Part shown: piece after piece, positions 29,854-38,584 of the stretch
Layout of the letters: each line of letters begins with the position of its first letter
Numbering within the stretch: the first letter of the stretch is position 1
Assembly: GCA_047605505.1 (NCBI GenBank)
Contig: JASGFO010000001.1
Location: 1,703-65,702 of the forward strand
From: Gordonia sp. (in: high G+C Gram-positive bacteria)
Lineage (GTDB): Bacteria > Actinomycetota > Actinomycetes > Mycobacteriales > Mycobacteriaceae
Direction of reading: 5' to 3'
Length of the DNA: 64,000 nucleotides
Notes under the pieces: generated by a model
Seen by the model: only the letters and a program-made list of their open reading frames with translations
Told to the model about the DNA's origin: nothing
Databases searched by the model: none
Position numbers and translations under genes: made by a program

Positions 29854-30956
29854 TGTGCCGCCCGGACACCGTGTTCAGGATCGTCGACGTACCAGCGGCC
29901 GGCGAGCTCGGGGAAGTTCGCGGCAACCTCACGGTAGAGGTCGGGGACGGTGAGCAGGATCCGGTCGGGTTGCGCCGCGGCGAACTCGGCGGGCGAGACG
30001 ATCGGGATGTCCGTCCCCGGCATCCGGCGCCCCCGTTTGGCGGGTGCGGCATCGCCGACGGCCGCGACCAGGCGCCGATCGAGTCCGGCCAGGCAAAACG
30101 ACGCGACGGCCCGCGACGCCGCACCGTAGGCCAGCACGCGATGGCCCTGCGCCGCCTGCTCTGCCAGCCAGGAACGGAGATTCGCGATCTGCGTGTCGGC
30201 GGCGCGCTGTAGTCCCGCCACGACCGCGGGATCTCCCATCGCGGCGTCCCGCTCCAGGAGAGCGGTGACCGTGGAATCCGGCGCGACGTTGCCGTGCACC
30301 GCAGCGCAGACCACGGTTCCGCCGTACAGGTCGTACTCGTGCGCGGTCACCGGGCTCATCCCCGCGGCCGCGAGCAGACGCACCATCGCCGGCATCGAGT
30401 AGTAGGCGAAATGTCCGTGCCGCAAGGCATTCCATTGGCCTTGGCGCACGATCGTGGCGATCGGCAGATAGTGCAGCAGCAGGACGCCGCCGGGTGCGGT
30501 GGCCGCGGCCCGGCGGGCGACGGCCGCGGCCTGGTCGGCGTCGTGCATGATCCCGAGCGAGTCGATCACCACATCGGCCCCGCCGGGATGGTCATGGCCG
30601 ACGGTGCGGTATCCACGGTCGGTCAGGTGCGGCAGCCAGGTGCCGCCGTGTGGGCTGCCGAACTCGGTGGCCGTCGAACCGCGCAGGAGCCCGGCCGTCG
30701 CGGCGTCGCCGACGGCGGCACGGGCCTGGTCGACGAGCGCCTGCGGTTCCACCCCACGGGGTTCCTGGGTCTCGGTGTCGTCGTCGGCCAGCTGTGCCAG
30801 GCCGCAGCCACCGCACAGCGCCATCGCCAGCGGATGGGCGGATTCCGCCGCCGAGATCGGTTCGGCGGCGAGCGGAAAGCAGTCCGCGGCCGGGGTGATG
30901 CCCAGGTCGAGGACGATGGTGAGATCGCTGCCCGCGCAGGCTCGGCAGGTGTTCAT
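29850..30956 (-). CDS. NDP-hexose C-methyltransferase-like protein (divergent paralog)
   Basis: CRAC...C..CGL.QL Zn-finger, H.HF.YYS, YGG, YGAASRA, K.GR.MPGTDIPI. Confidence 0.75.
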   Translation of the reverse strand: MNTCRACAGSDLTIVLDLGITPAADCFPLAAEPISAAESAHPLAMALCGGCGLAQLADDDTETQEPRGVEPQALVDQARAAVGDAATAGLLRGSTATEFGSPHGGTWLPHLTDRGYRTVGHDHPGGADVVIDSLGIMHDADQAAAVARRAAATAPGGVLLLHYLPIATIVRQGQWNALRHGHFAYYSMPAMVRLLAAAGMSPVTAHEYDLYGGTVVCAAVHGNVAPDSTVTALLERDAAMGDPAVVAGLQRAADTQIANLRSWLAEQAAQGHRVLAYGAASRAVASFCLAGLDRRLVAAVGDAAPAKRGRRMPGTDIPIVSPAEFAAAQPDRILLTVPDLYREVAANFPELAGRWYVDDPEHGVRAAQ

Positions 30957-30970
30957 GCGACCATGTCCCG

Positions 30971-31534
30971 GTGCAGATCACTACCACCGCGCTCGCTGAT
31001 GTCCTGCTCCTGATCCCGACGCCGTTCCGCGACGATCGGGGGCTGTTCACGCGGACCTTCGACGCATGCGTCTTCGACGAGTATCTCAGTCGCCCCGGCG
31101 CCGCGGCGGGGTTCGTCCAGGATTCGCAGTCGCGGTCGGGCCGCGGTGTCGTCCGCGGCCTGCACGGCCGGGCCGGCCGCGGCGAGGCCAAACTGGTCCG
31201 CTGCGCGCACGGTGCCGTCCTCGACGTGCTCGTCGACATCCGCCCGGATTCGCCGACCTTCGGCCGCCGGGCGCAGTTCCGCCTCGACGACAACGACTTT
31301 CATCACCTCTACATCCCTCCGGGATTCCTGCACGGGTTTCAGGCGCTGACCGATGTCGCCGACGTCTGCTACCGGATCGACCGGCCACACGATCCGAGCG
31401 AGGATCTCGGCGTCGCCTATGACGACCCCGATCTCGGCATCGCCTGGCCGGAGCCGGTGACCACCGTGTCGGCACGTGACACCGGCGCCGGCAGCTGGGC
31501 CGATCTGCTCGAGCGCCTGCGGCCGGCGCGCTGA
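30971..31534 (+). CDS. rfbC: NDP-4-keto-6-deoxyhexose 3,5-epimerase (RmlC/RfbC cupin), antisense to its operon
   Basis: DDRGLF, QDSQS.S..GV.RGLH, KLVRC..GAV.DV.VD.R.DSPTFG, HGFQ.L, DP.LGI.WP. Confidence 0.93.
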   Translation: MQITTTALADVLLLIPTPFRDDRGLFTRTFDACVFDEYLSRPGAAAGFVQDSQSRSGRGVVRGLHGRAGRGEAKLVRCAHGAVLDVLVDIRPDSPTFGRRAQFRLDDNDFHHLYIPPGFLHGFQALTDVADVCYRIDRPHDPSEDLGVAYDDPDLGIAWPEPVTTVSARDTGAGSWADLLERLRPAR

Positions 31535-31547
31535 TCGGGACACCACC

Positions 31548-32198
31548 TCAGCGACCCGTCAACCGCAGCCGGGCCTTCTCCAGCACGAAGGCCTCGGCGT
31601 GCGGGGCCCGGCACTGGACGCCCCGCAGCCGGGACAGACCGAGGAAGGACTCGTCGTCGAACCAGTCGTGGTCGCGCTGGGACGGATAGTGCCGGGCGAG
31701 CAGATGCGCCTTCTCCCGGGCGATCTCGGCCGTCAGCGGATGAAACAGCGTGGGCTGCGGGGTGTCGGTCTCCCATTTGAGGATCTCGTATCCCAGGATC
31801 AGGTGATCGCGGAACTCCGTGGGGGTGAGCTCGGCGAGCAGCCGGTGATCCTGATGGGCGTCGTGCCGCTGGGGGGCGAAGACCACCTCGGGCGCGGTCG
31901 TCCGCCGAAACGCTCCCACCGCCTCCTTCACCGCGGTCCAGTGGGCGGGTGTGCGGCCGTCGGGAAGGTCCAGCACGGTCACCGCAATGTCGGCGCCGGG
32001 GCAGAACGCCGCCAGCGCGCCGCGTTCCTCGGCCGCGCGCGCGGTACCGCCGCCGGTGAGGATCAGTGCGCGCACCCGGATCCCGGGGCGTGCCCGGGCC
32101 AGCGTCAGCAGCACCCCGCCCAGGCCGATCGCGATGTCGTCGCAATGCGCGCCCAGCACCGCCACTTCCGACAACGCGTCGGCACCGAGATCGATCAC
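31548..32198 (-). CDS. PIG-L/LmbE family deacetylase
   Basis: GAHCDDIAIG.GG, R..EE, DAHQDH. GTG overlaps the rfbF stop. Confidence 0.85.
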   Translation of the reverse strand: MIDLGADALSEVAVLGAHCDDIAIGLGGVLLTLARARPGIRVRALILTGGGTARAAEERGALAAFCPGADIAVTVLDLPDGRTPAHWTAVKEAVGAFRRTTAPEVVFAPQRHDAHQDHRLLAELTPTEFRDHLILGYEILKWETDTPQPTLFHPLTAEIAREKAHLLARHYPSQRDHDWFDDESFLGLSRLRGVQCRAPHAEAFVLEKARLRLTGR

Positions 32199-32980
32199 AG
32201 CGTGTGGGCGTCTTCCCACACCATCCACGGCCGGTCCCCGGCGGCGTACCGCTGGTCGAGTTCGGCCCGCTCTTTGAAGGTGTCGGCGGACTTCCAGAAC
32301 CCGTCGAGCCGGTAGGCGTAGAGGCGTCCCCGCGCGGCCAGCGCGGTGCAGGCATCCTCGACGAGGCAGCCGTTCTCCGGGATGTGGTCGAAGACCTCCG
32401 GGGTCAGGACGAAGAATCCGCCGTTCTCCCAGATCGGGAACTCCGAGACCGGGGTGATCGCCGAGGCCATCCCGGAGTCGTCGACGTCGACGCAGTGGAA
32501 GGTCGACACCGGCCGCACCACCACCATCGACGCCGCCGCGCCCGCGGTCTTCACCTCGTCGATCATCGCGTCCAGGGGGGCGTCGGTGAGGACGTCGGCG
32601 TAGTTCGCGAGGAAGTGGCCCTCACCGTCGAGCAGGTGGGCCACCCGGCGGAGGCGTTCCCCGATCCGCGTTTCGAGGCCGGTGTCGACAAAGGTGATCG
32701 ACCAGTCGCTGATGTCGGAGCCCAGCAGCTGCACGTCACCGCCGCGCAGGACGAAGTCGTTGGACTCCGCTTCGTTGTAGGAGAGGAAGTAGTCCTTGAT
32801 GTGGCGGGCACCGTAACCCAGGCACAGGATGAAGTCCTTGTGCCCGAAGTGGGCGTAGTAGCGCATCACATGCCAGATCAGCGGCCGCGGCCCCACCATC
32901 TGCATCGGTTTGGGGATGTCGTCGACGGGGGAATTGCGCATGCGCATGCCGTAGCCGCCGCAGAACAGCACGACCTTCAT
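32195..32980 (-). CDS. rfbF: Glucose-1-phosphate cytidylyltransferase
   Basis: MKVVLFCGGYG.R, PKPM, WHVMRYYAHFGH, VDTG, NGGFFV, GFW...DTFKE. Confidence 0.92.
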   Translation of the reverse strand: MKVVLFCGGYGMRMRNSPVDDIPKPMQMVGPRPLIWHVMRYYAHFGHKDFILCLGYGARHIKDYFLSYNEAESNDFVLRGGDVQLLGSDISDWSITFVDTGLETRIGERLRRVAHLLDGEGHFLANYADVLTDAPLDAMIDEVKTAGAAASMVVVRPVSTFHCVDVDDSGMASAITPVSEFPIWENGGFFVLTPEVFDHIPENGCLVEDACTALAARGRLYAYRLDGFWKSADTFKERAELDQRYAAGDRPWMVWEDAHTL

Positions 32981-34260
32981 GACCGCGCCCCTTCGGTGAC
33001 CCCGACCCGCTCGGCGTCGGGACTCTCGGTGTCGGGAACGTCAGCGACGTGCAGGGTGGGCAGCGGATACACCAGCCGGCCACCCCACTGCCCCACGTGC
33101 GCGAGCTGCGCGGTGATCTCGGTTTCCAGATTCCACGGCAGCACGACGATCACGTCGGGCTGGTCGGCGTCGATCCGGGCCGGGTCATAAATCGGAATCC
33201 GGGTGCCCGGGGTGTACCGGCCGTGCTTGTAGGGATTCCGGTCGACGGTGTAGGCGAGTAGATCCGGCCGGATTCCGCAGTAGTTGAGCAGCGTGTTGCC
33301 CTTGCCGGGGGCGCCGTAGCCGACGACGGTCTGCCCGGCGGCCTTCGCGTCGAGGAGGAAGCGGAGCAATGCCGCGCGCACCTGCTCGGCGCGTTCCTGC
33401 AGCCCGGAGTATCCGTCGACGCGATGCAGTCCGGCCGCTTCCTCGATGCGCAGCACCTCGGCAACCCGCGGACTCGGCTCGGTGCCGGCCTCGTCGGGTT
33501 GTGCCCAGAGCCGGATCGACCCACCGTGGGTGGGCAGCAGTTCGACGTCGATGACGCGCAGCCCGCCCGAGGCGAGCGCCCGGATCGCGCTGAGCACGGT
33601 GTAGTACTGGAAATGCTCGTGGTAGATGGTGTCGAACTGGCCCAGGGTGATCAGGTTGAGCGCGTGATGCACCTCGATGCTGACCCAGCCGTCGTCGGCC
33701 ACCAGGCCGCGCAATGATGTGGAGAAGCCGATCACATCGGGGATGTGGGCGTAGACGTTGTTGGCCACCACGAGATCGGCGGCGCCGTGCTCGGCGCGCA
33801 CGGCCCGGGCGAGCTCCTCGTCGAGAAAGGCCGTCTCGGTGGGCACCCCTTTCTCCCGCGCGACCGCACTCACGTTGACCGACGGCTCGATGCCCAGGCA
33901 GCGGATGCCGCGGGCCACGACGTGCTGGAGCAGGTAGCCGTCGTTGGAGGCGACCTCGACGACGAATCCGTCGTCGCCGAGTCCGGTCCGCTCGACGGCG
34001 CCGTCGACGTAGTTGCGGCAGTGGGATACCCAGGAGTCGGAGAACGAGGAGTAGTAGGCGTACTCGGTGAAGGTGTCCTCGGGCGTGATGAGCGCCGGGA
34101 TCTGCAGTAGCAGGCAGTCCTCACACAGCCGCAGATGCAGCGGGAACGTCGGTTCCAAGGTGTCGAGGTCGGCCTCGGCAAGGAAGCGTTCACAAGGCGG
34201 GGTGGCCCCGAGGTCGACAACGCTGGACAGCGTCGTCGACCCGCACAATCGGCAGTTCAA
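32977..34260 (-). CDS. SAM-dependent NDP-hexose 3-C-methyltransferase
   Basis: CRLC..C..C Zn-finger, EVASNDGYLL, NNVYAH, FDTIYHEH, HGGS, YGAPGKGNTLLNYC. TTG 34260 after GGAGG; ATG 34275 is an alternative start. Confidence 0.9.
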   Translation of the reverse strand: MNCRLCGSTTLSSVVDLGATPPCERFLAEADLDTLEPTFPLHLRLCEDCLLLQIPALITPEDTFTEYAYYSSFSDSWVSHCRNYVDGAVERTGLGDDGFVVEVASNDGYLLQHVVARGIRCLGIEPSVNVSAVAREKGVPTETAFLDEELARAVRAEHGAADLVVANNVYAHIPDVIGFSTSLRGLVADDGWVSIEVHHALNLITLGQFDTIYHEHFQYYTVLSAIRALASGGLRVIDVELLPTHGGSIRLWAQPDEAGTEPSPRVAEVLRIEEAAGLHRVDGYSGLQERAEQVRAALLRFLLDAKAAGQTVVGYGAPGKGNTLLNYCGIRPDLLAYTVDRNPYKHGRYTPGTRIPIYDPARIDADQPDVIVVLPWNLETEITAQLAHVGQWGGRLVYPLPTLHVADVPDTESPDAERVGVTEGARS

Positions 34261-34263
34261 AGG

Positions 34264-34331
34264 GCACTCCTCCATCCTGGACCACTGGCCCTCGCTTTAC
34301 TGACTTACATCCACCGGACCATCATAGCGAA
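34264..34331 (-). promoter_or_regulatory. Promoter/leader copy 2 (-10 TATGAT, RBS GGAGG)
   Basis: Direct-repeat partner of 27229-27296 at an offset of 7035 bp. Confidence 0.65.
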
Positions 34332-34488
34332 TCAACAGCAACTACACAGAATCGGGCAAGTCGGCGTCATTCCCGCGGCCGACAGTCGACGATCGACGAC
34401 CCGCACCAATCCGGCTGTGCGAGATAAATGATCTTTGTTTTGCTAATCTGTATTCTCGGTGCCATCCCCTCGTCGGAGGAGTTCTCTC

Positions 34489-35649
34489 GTGATCATCTTC
34501 GACATCCGCACCCTGCTGTGCGTCGTCGCCGTCACCGAGCTGCTGTTGGGCGTGGTGATGGCGATGCACGGAGTCCGCAATCCGGCCTCCGGGGCGATGC
34601 GCACCTGGGCTGTGGCCAGTGCGCTCACCGCCGTCGGGTGGCTGCTCGTGGGTCTGCGTGACCTGGCCCCGGACTGGCTCTCGGTCGGCCTCGCCGACGC
34701 CGTCCTCATCGGCGCCCTGATGCTGGTGGTGGCCGGTATGCGGCAGTTCACCGGCCGACGCTTGTCGTGGGCCCTGGTACCCGCGCCGTCGCTCGCTGTG
34801 GTCCTGGTCACCGCCGTCTCGCCGATCCGCGACAACCTGGGCGCCCGGGTGGTCCTCGTCAACCTCTGCCTGATCGCCTTGCTCCTCGTGCTCGCGCGCG
34901 ACGCCTGCCGCGATCAACGCATCGAACCGCTGGCGGCGCGCCGGTTCTTCCTCACCGCGCTCGCCGTGGCCGTGCTGGCCAACGCCGTCACGGCCGGGTA
35001 CGCCTGCCACCTCGCGCCGACGACAACCTTCCTCACCGCGGGCACCGTCCAGGAGATCGGCATCTTCGTCCAGGGTGCGGCGCTACTGGGCGGCAACCTG
35101 GGCATGTTCCTCATGGCGCAGGAACGGCTCGTGAACCAGCTGCGCGATGCCGCACACCGCGATGCCCTGACCGAGGTGCTGAACCGCCGCGGATTCGCCG
35201 AGGCCGCGACCGGCCTGCTGACCGGTCAGGCCAGGACATCGCAGCAGATGGCGGTGCTGCTGCTGGACCTGGACGGATTCAAGGCGATCAACGACACCCA
35301 CGGGCACACGGTGGGCGACTGCCTGCTGCGCGCCTGCGCCAAGGAACTGTCCTCGCAGCAGCGGCCCGGTGAACTGGTGGGCCGCTACGGCGGCGACGAG
35401 TTCTGCGCGCTGCTGCTGACCAGCGGTCCCGCCGAGACCCGGGCCCGCGCCGAGCAGCTGCGCCGCCGGATCACCGACCTGCTGGTGACCGCCCGCGGCG
35501 AACTGGTCTGCGCGACCGCGTCCGTCGGCGTCGCCGAGGTGCGCGATCCGGCGGCGGTCTCGGTGGTCGAGGCGCTCGCCGAGGCCGATCAGGCGCTCTA
35601 CCGCGCCAAGCGCGGCGGCCGCGACCGCGTGTGCATGATCAGCGCGTGA
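34489..35649 (+). CDS. Membrane-bound diguanylate cyclase
   Basis: About 7 TM helices, then DALT..LNRR, DLDGFKAINDTHGH..GD, RYGGDEF, ALYRAKRGGRD. GGAGGA RBS. Confidence 0.92.
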   Translation: MIIFDIRTLLCVVAVTELLLGVVMAMHGVRNPASGAMRTWAVASALTAVGWLLVGLRDLAPDWLSVGLADAVLIGALMLVVAGMRQFTGRRLSWALVPAPSLAVVLVTAVSPIRDNLGARVVLVNLCLIALLLVLARDACRDQRIEPLAARRFFLTALAVAVLANAVTAGYACHLAPTTTFLTAGTVQEIGIFVQGAALLGGNLGMFLMAQERLVNQLRDAAHRDALTEVLNRRGFAEAATGLLTGQARTSQQMAVLLLDLDGFKAINDTHGHTVGDCLLRACAKELSSQQRPGELVGRYGGDEFCALLLTSGPAETRARAEQLRRRITDLLVTARGELVCATASVGVAEVRDPAAVSVVEALAEADQALYRAKRGGRDRVCMISA

Positions 35650-36907
35650 CGTCGTCGATCGTTCGCTGCGGTCGGCCGAACAGATATCCCTGCAGGTAGT
35701 CGAAGCCGAGCTCACCCAGGATCGGCAGACACTCGGCGGTCTCCACCCCCTCGGCGACCAGACGGATGTCGTTGGTCTTGGCGACGTTGGCGATGGCCTG
35801 GACCACGGCATGCGCAGCAGGATCGGTCATCAGGTCATCGATCAGCGTCTTGTCGACCTTGACGACGTCGATGGGCAGGTCCCGCAGATACCGCAGGGCC
35901 GAGAACCCCGAACCGAGATCGTCGACGCAGATCGTGCAGCCGAGCTCGTGGAGGCCCTCGATCACCGCGGCCTCCTCCGAGCCCACCCGGACCACGTCGT
36001 TCTCCCGGATCTCGATCCACAACCGGCTCGCCTCGACGCCGACGGCGGCAATCGCATCGCGGATGTCGGCGACGAGGTTGCGATCCCACAGCTGCTGCAC
36101 CGACAGGTTGACCGCGACGAAGCCGTCGCGGTGCCGGGCGGAGACCTCACCGGCGAGCATGGCCAGCGCCTCGGTGACCACATGACGTCCGATCGGGACG
36201 ATGAGGTCAGACTCCTCGGCGGCGGGCAGGAACTTGTCCGGCGAGAGCAGCCCGTCATCGGTCTGCCACCGCACCAGCGCCTCATAGCCGGCCACCGCGT
36301 GGCCGGCGAGCGCGACGATCGGCTGGTAGACGAGCGGGAAGTCGGTGACCTCCGACCGGGTGAGCCGATCCATGAGCTCCACCTGTGCCCGCAGCGCGGG
36401 CAGTGTCTCGGCCGTCGCGAACTGCATGTTGTGGCCGCCGAGCAGAGCAGCACTGAGTGCCGCGTCCGCGCAGGCCTCCAGTTCCGCCTTGTCGGCGGGG
36501 AGCTCGTCGGCGATCGCGATGCCGATGGTGACGTCCAGGTGCGGACCGTCCTGATCGCCGTCGAGCAGCCAGCGCAGCTCGCCCTCGCCCGATTCGTCAT
36601 CGCCGGCGTGCGGGTCGAGGTAGACGAGCCATTCGAGGTCGCCGCGCCGGACGCTGACCAGCGCCGGTCCACCCTGCCGGACCAATGCGGCCATGACCTG
36701 CTCGGCGACCCGCACGGCCTCCGCCCGCCCGTGTGCGGCGGTCAGCCGACGCCAGGGGTCGGCGACCACCGCCGCGACGATCATCGGGCTCGACGGGCGC
36801 TCCTCCGCCGTCCCCGCCGCGCCCACGGCCACGGCCGCGCCGGGGACGGTGATGGCGGGGACGATCTTGGTGAATACCGGCAGTCGGCTCAAGACGACCG
36901 TTTGCAC
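35639..36907 (-). CDS. EAL-domain phosphodiesterase with a degenerate GGDEF-like N-terminus (start uncertain: 36784, 36907 or 36952)
   Basis: DFPLVYQPIV, EALVRW, VNLS, IEIRE, DDLGSGFS, KVDK, AEGVE, LQGYLF. Confidence 0.85.
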   Translation of the reverse strand: MQTVVLSRLPVFTKIVPAITVPGAAVAVGAAGTAEERPSSPMIVAAVVADPWRRLTAAHGRAEAVRVAEQVMAALVRQGGPALVSVRRGDLEWLVYLDPHAGDDESGEGELRWLLDGDQDGPHLDVTIGIAIADELPADKAELEACADAALSAALLGGHNMQFATAETLPALRAQVELMDRLTRSEVTDFPLVYQPIVALAGHAVAGYEALVRWQTDDGLLSPDKFLPAAEESDLIVPIGRHVVTEALAMLAGEVSARHRDGFVAVNLSVQQLWDRNLVADIRDAIAAVGVEASRLWIEIRENDVVRVGSEEAAVIEGLHELGCTICVDDLGSGFSALRYLRDLPIDVVKVDKTLIDDLMTDPAAHAVVQAIANVAKTNDIRLVAEGVETAECLPILGELGFDYLQGYLFGRPQRTIDDVTR

Positions 36908-36923
36908 CCATGCGCCCAGTTGG

Positions 36924-38309
36924 TTACCCACCTTCGCCACGGAGCACCGCACCTACCGTCCTGATGATGATCTTGATGTCCAACCACACACTCCAGCTCT
37001 CGATATAGAAGTTGTCGTACAGTGCCCGGTCGGTGATCGAGGTGTCGCCGCGCAATCCGTGGATCGCCGCCCACCCGGTGAGTCCGACCTCCACGCGGTG
37101 GCGGTCACGGTAACTCGGGATCTCCTGCTCGAACTGTTCGACGAAATGTGGCCGCTCCGGCCGCGGTCCCACGATCGACATGTCCCCGCGCAGCACATTC
37201 CACAGCTGCGGCAGCTCGTCGAGCGAGGTCTTGCGGATGAACTTGCCGAACGGGAAGATGCGGTCGGCGTTCGACGGTTGCCATTCGGAATCTGACGATC
37301 TCTCCGGGACCGGCCGCATCGACCGGAACTTCAGGACGTCGAAGCTCCGTCCGTCGCGGCCGATCCGATTCTGCCGGAACAAGATCGGTGCCGAGGAGTC
37401 GGAGAGCCAGACTCCCAGGGCGGTCAGCCCCAGCAGCGGGCTCAGGAGCACGAGTGCCACCGAGACCACGCTGACATCGAAGACGCGCTTGAGTTTCCAA
37501 TACCAGGTCCGGCGGGCATCGCGACGCACCCGGATCAACGGGATCGTGTGAATCCGGTCCATGTTCGGGGCAAACGACGCGAACTCGAAAAGCCGCGGGA
37601 CGATGAAGATCTCGCAGTCGAGTTCATCGCAGGCACGCAATGGGCCGACGAGCCGGGAATCCGGCAGACCACTGAACGCAACGATCACGGTGTCGATGCG
37701 GTGCTCGGTCACCTTGTCACGAAGGCGCTCGACGCCGTCCTCGACACTCACCCCGGTGTTCACGAGCTCGGCCATCGGATCCTTGCTGGCGGCCAGCACC
37801 ACGTCGATGCCGAGTTCCGGCAGCGCGCGGGAACTCGTGATCAGGTCCGCGGCCACGATGCCGTCGCCGACCACCATGGTGCGCATCCGCTGCGCCGGGG
37901 AACGACGCCGCCGGCGGACGACGGCGTAGTACGCCGTGCGGACGACGAACAGCGCCACGAAGACGAGCCCGGCATGGGCCGCGGCATCGACGATGGAGAC
38001 GCCGGGCCGGGTCGCCACGACGATCACTCCGGTCGTGATGATCGACCACGACGCCAGCCGTGGCAGGTCGTCGAGCGACGACAGGGTGATCCGGCGCCGG
38101 TAGAGCCCGGCCGCTTCGAGGACGAGGACGGTGACCGGGACGCCGAGAAGGATCGCGATCCAGCCCCGCGTACCGTTGTCGTGGTCGGTGATGACCGCGA
38201 CAACGAACAGCACCACGGCGTCGAGGACCGGCAGGGCGCGATCGATCCGATTGCGCAGCACTTTCCGCGTCGGCGCCTGAAAGTCAGGTCCCTGCGGCGT
38301 CACCACCAC
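36924..38309 (-). CDS. Priming polyprenyl-phosphate sugar phosphotransferase (WcaJ/WbaP family)
   Basis: KRVFD, F.Q.R.G, KFRSM, R.TSLDELPQL.NVL.GDMS.VGPRPE, GLTGWA, D..YIE.WS. Confidence 0.93.
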   Translation of the reverse strand: MVVTPQGPDFQAPTRKVLRNRIDRALPVLDAVVLFVVAVITDHDNGTRGWIAILLGVPVTVLVLEAAGLYRRRITLSSLDDLPRLASWSIITTGVIVVATRPGVSIVDAAAHAGLVFVALFVVRTAYYAVVRRRRRSPAQRMRTMVVGDGIVAADLITSSRALPELGIDVVLAASKDPMAELVNTGVSVEDGVERLRDKVTEHRIDTVIVAFSGLPDSRLVGPLRACDELDCEIFIVPRLFEFASFAPNMDRIHTIPLIRVRRDARRTWYWKLKRVFDVSVVSVALVLLSPLLGLTALGVWLSDSSAPILFRQNRIGRDGRSFDVLKFRSMRPVPERSSDSEWQPSNADRIFPFGKFIRKTSLDELPQLWNVLRGDMSIVGPRPERPHFVEQFEQEIPSYRDRHRVEVGLTGWAAIHGLRGDTSITDRALYDNFYIESWSVWLDIKIIIRTVGAVLRGEGG

Positions 38310-38584
38310 GTGCCCTCCCGCTTCTCCGGGGCACACGGCCCGGTGTCTCCCGCATTGATTGCGTCGCAAAGATAGCACCAGGTCAGCGCGACCGAGTGGC
38401 GATGGTGCGAACCACCCAAACCCACCGACCGATGCGTACCACAGCTGGACCGGTTAATGTGGCACCACTCACAAAGCCGTGACGAACCCGAGCCATTGAG
38501 CGATACCGATGTTATGGTTTGGCATCCTAAATGGCGATACACATCTCGCGGGGAAGTGTGCGATCTCGAAGGAAGGTCAGGATC

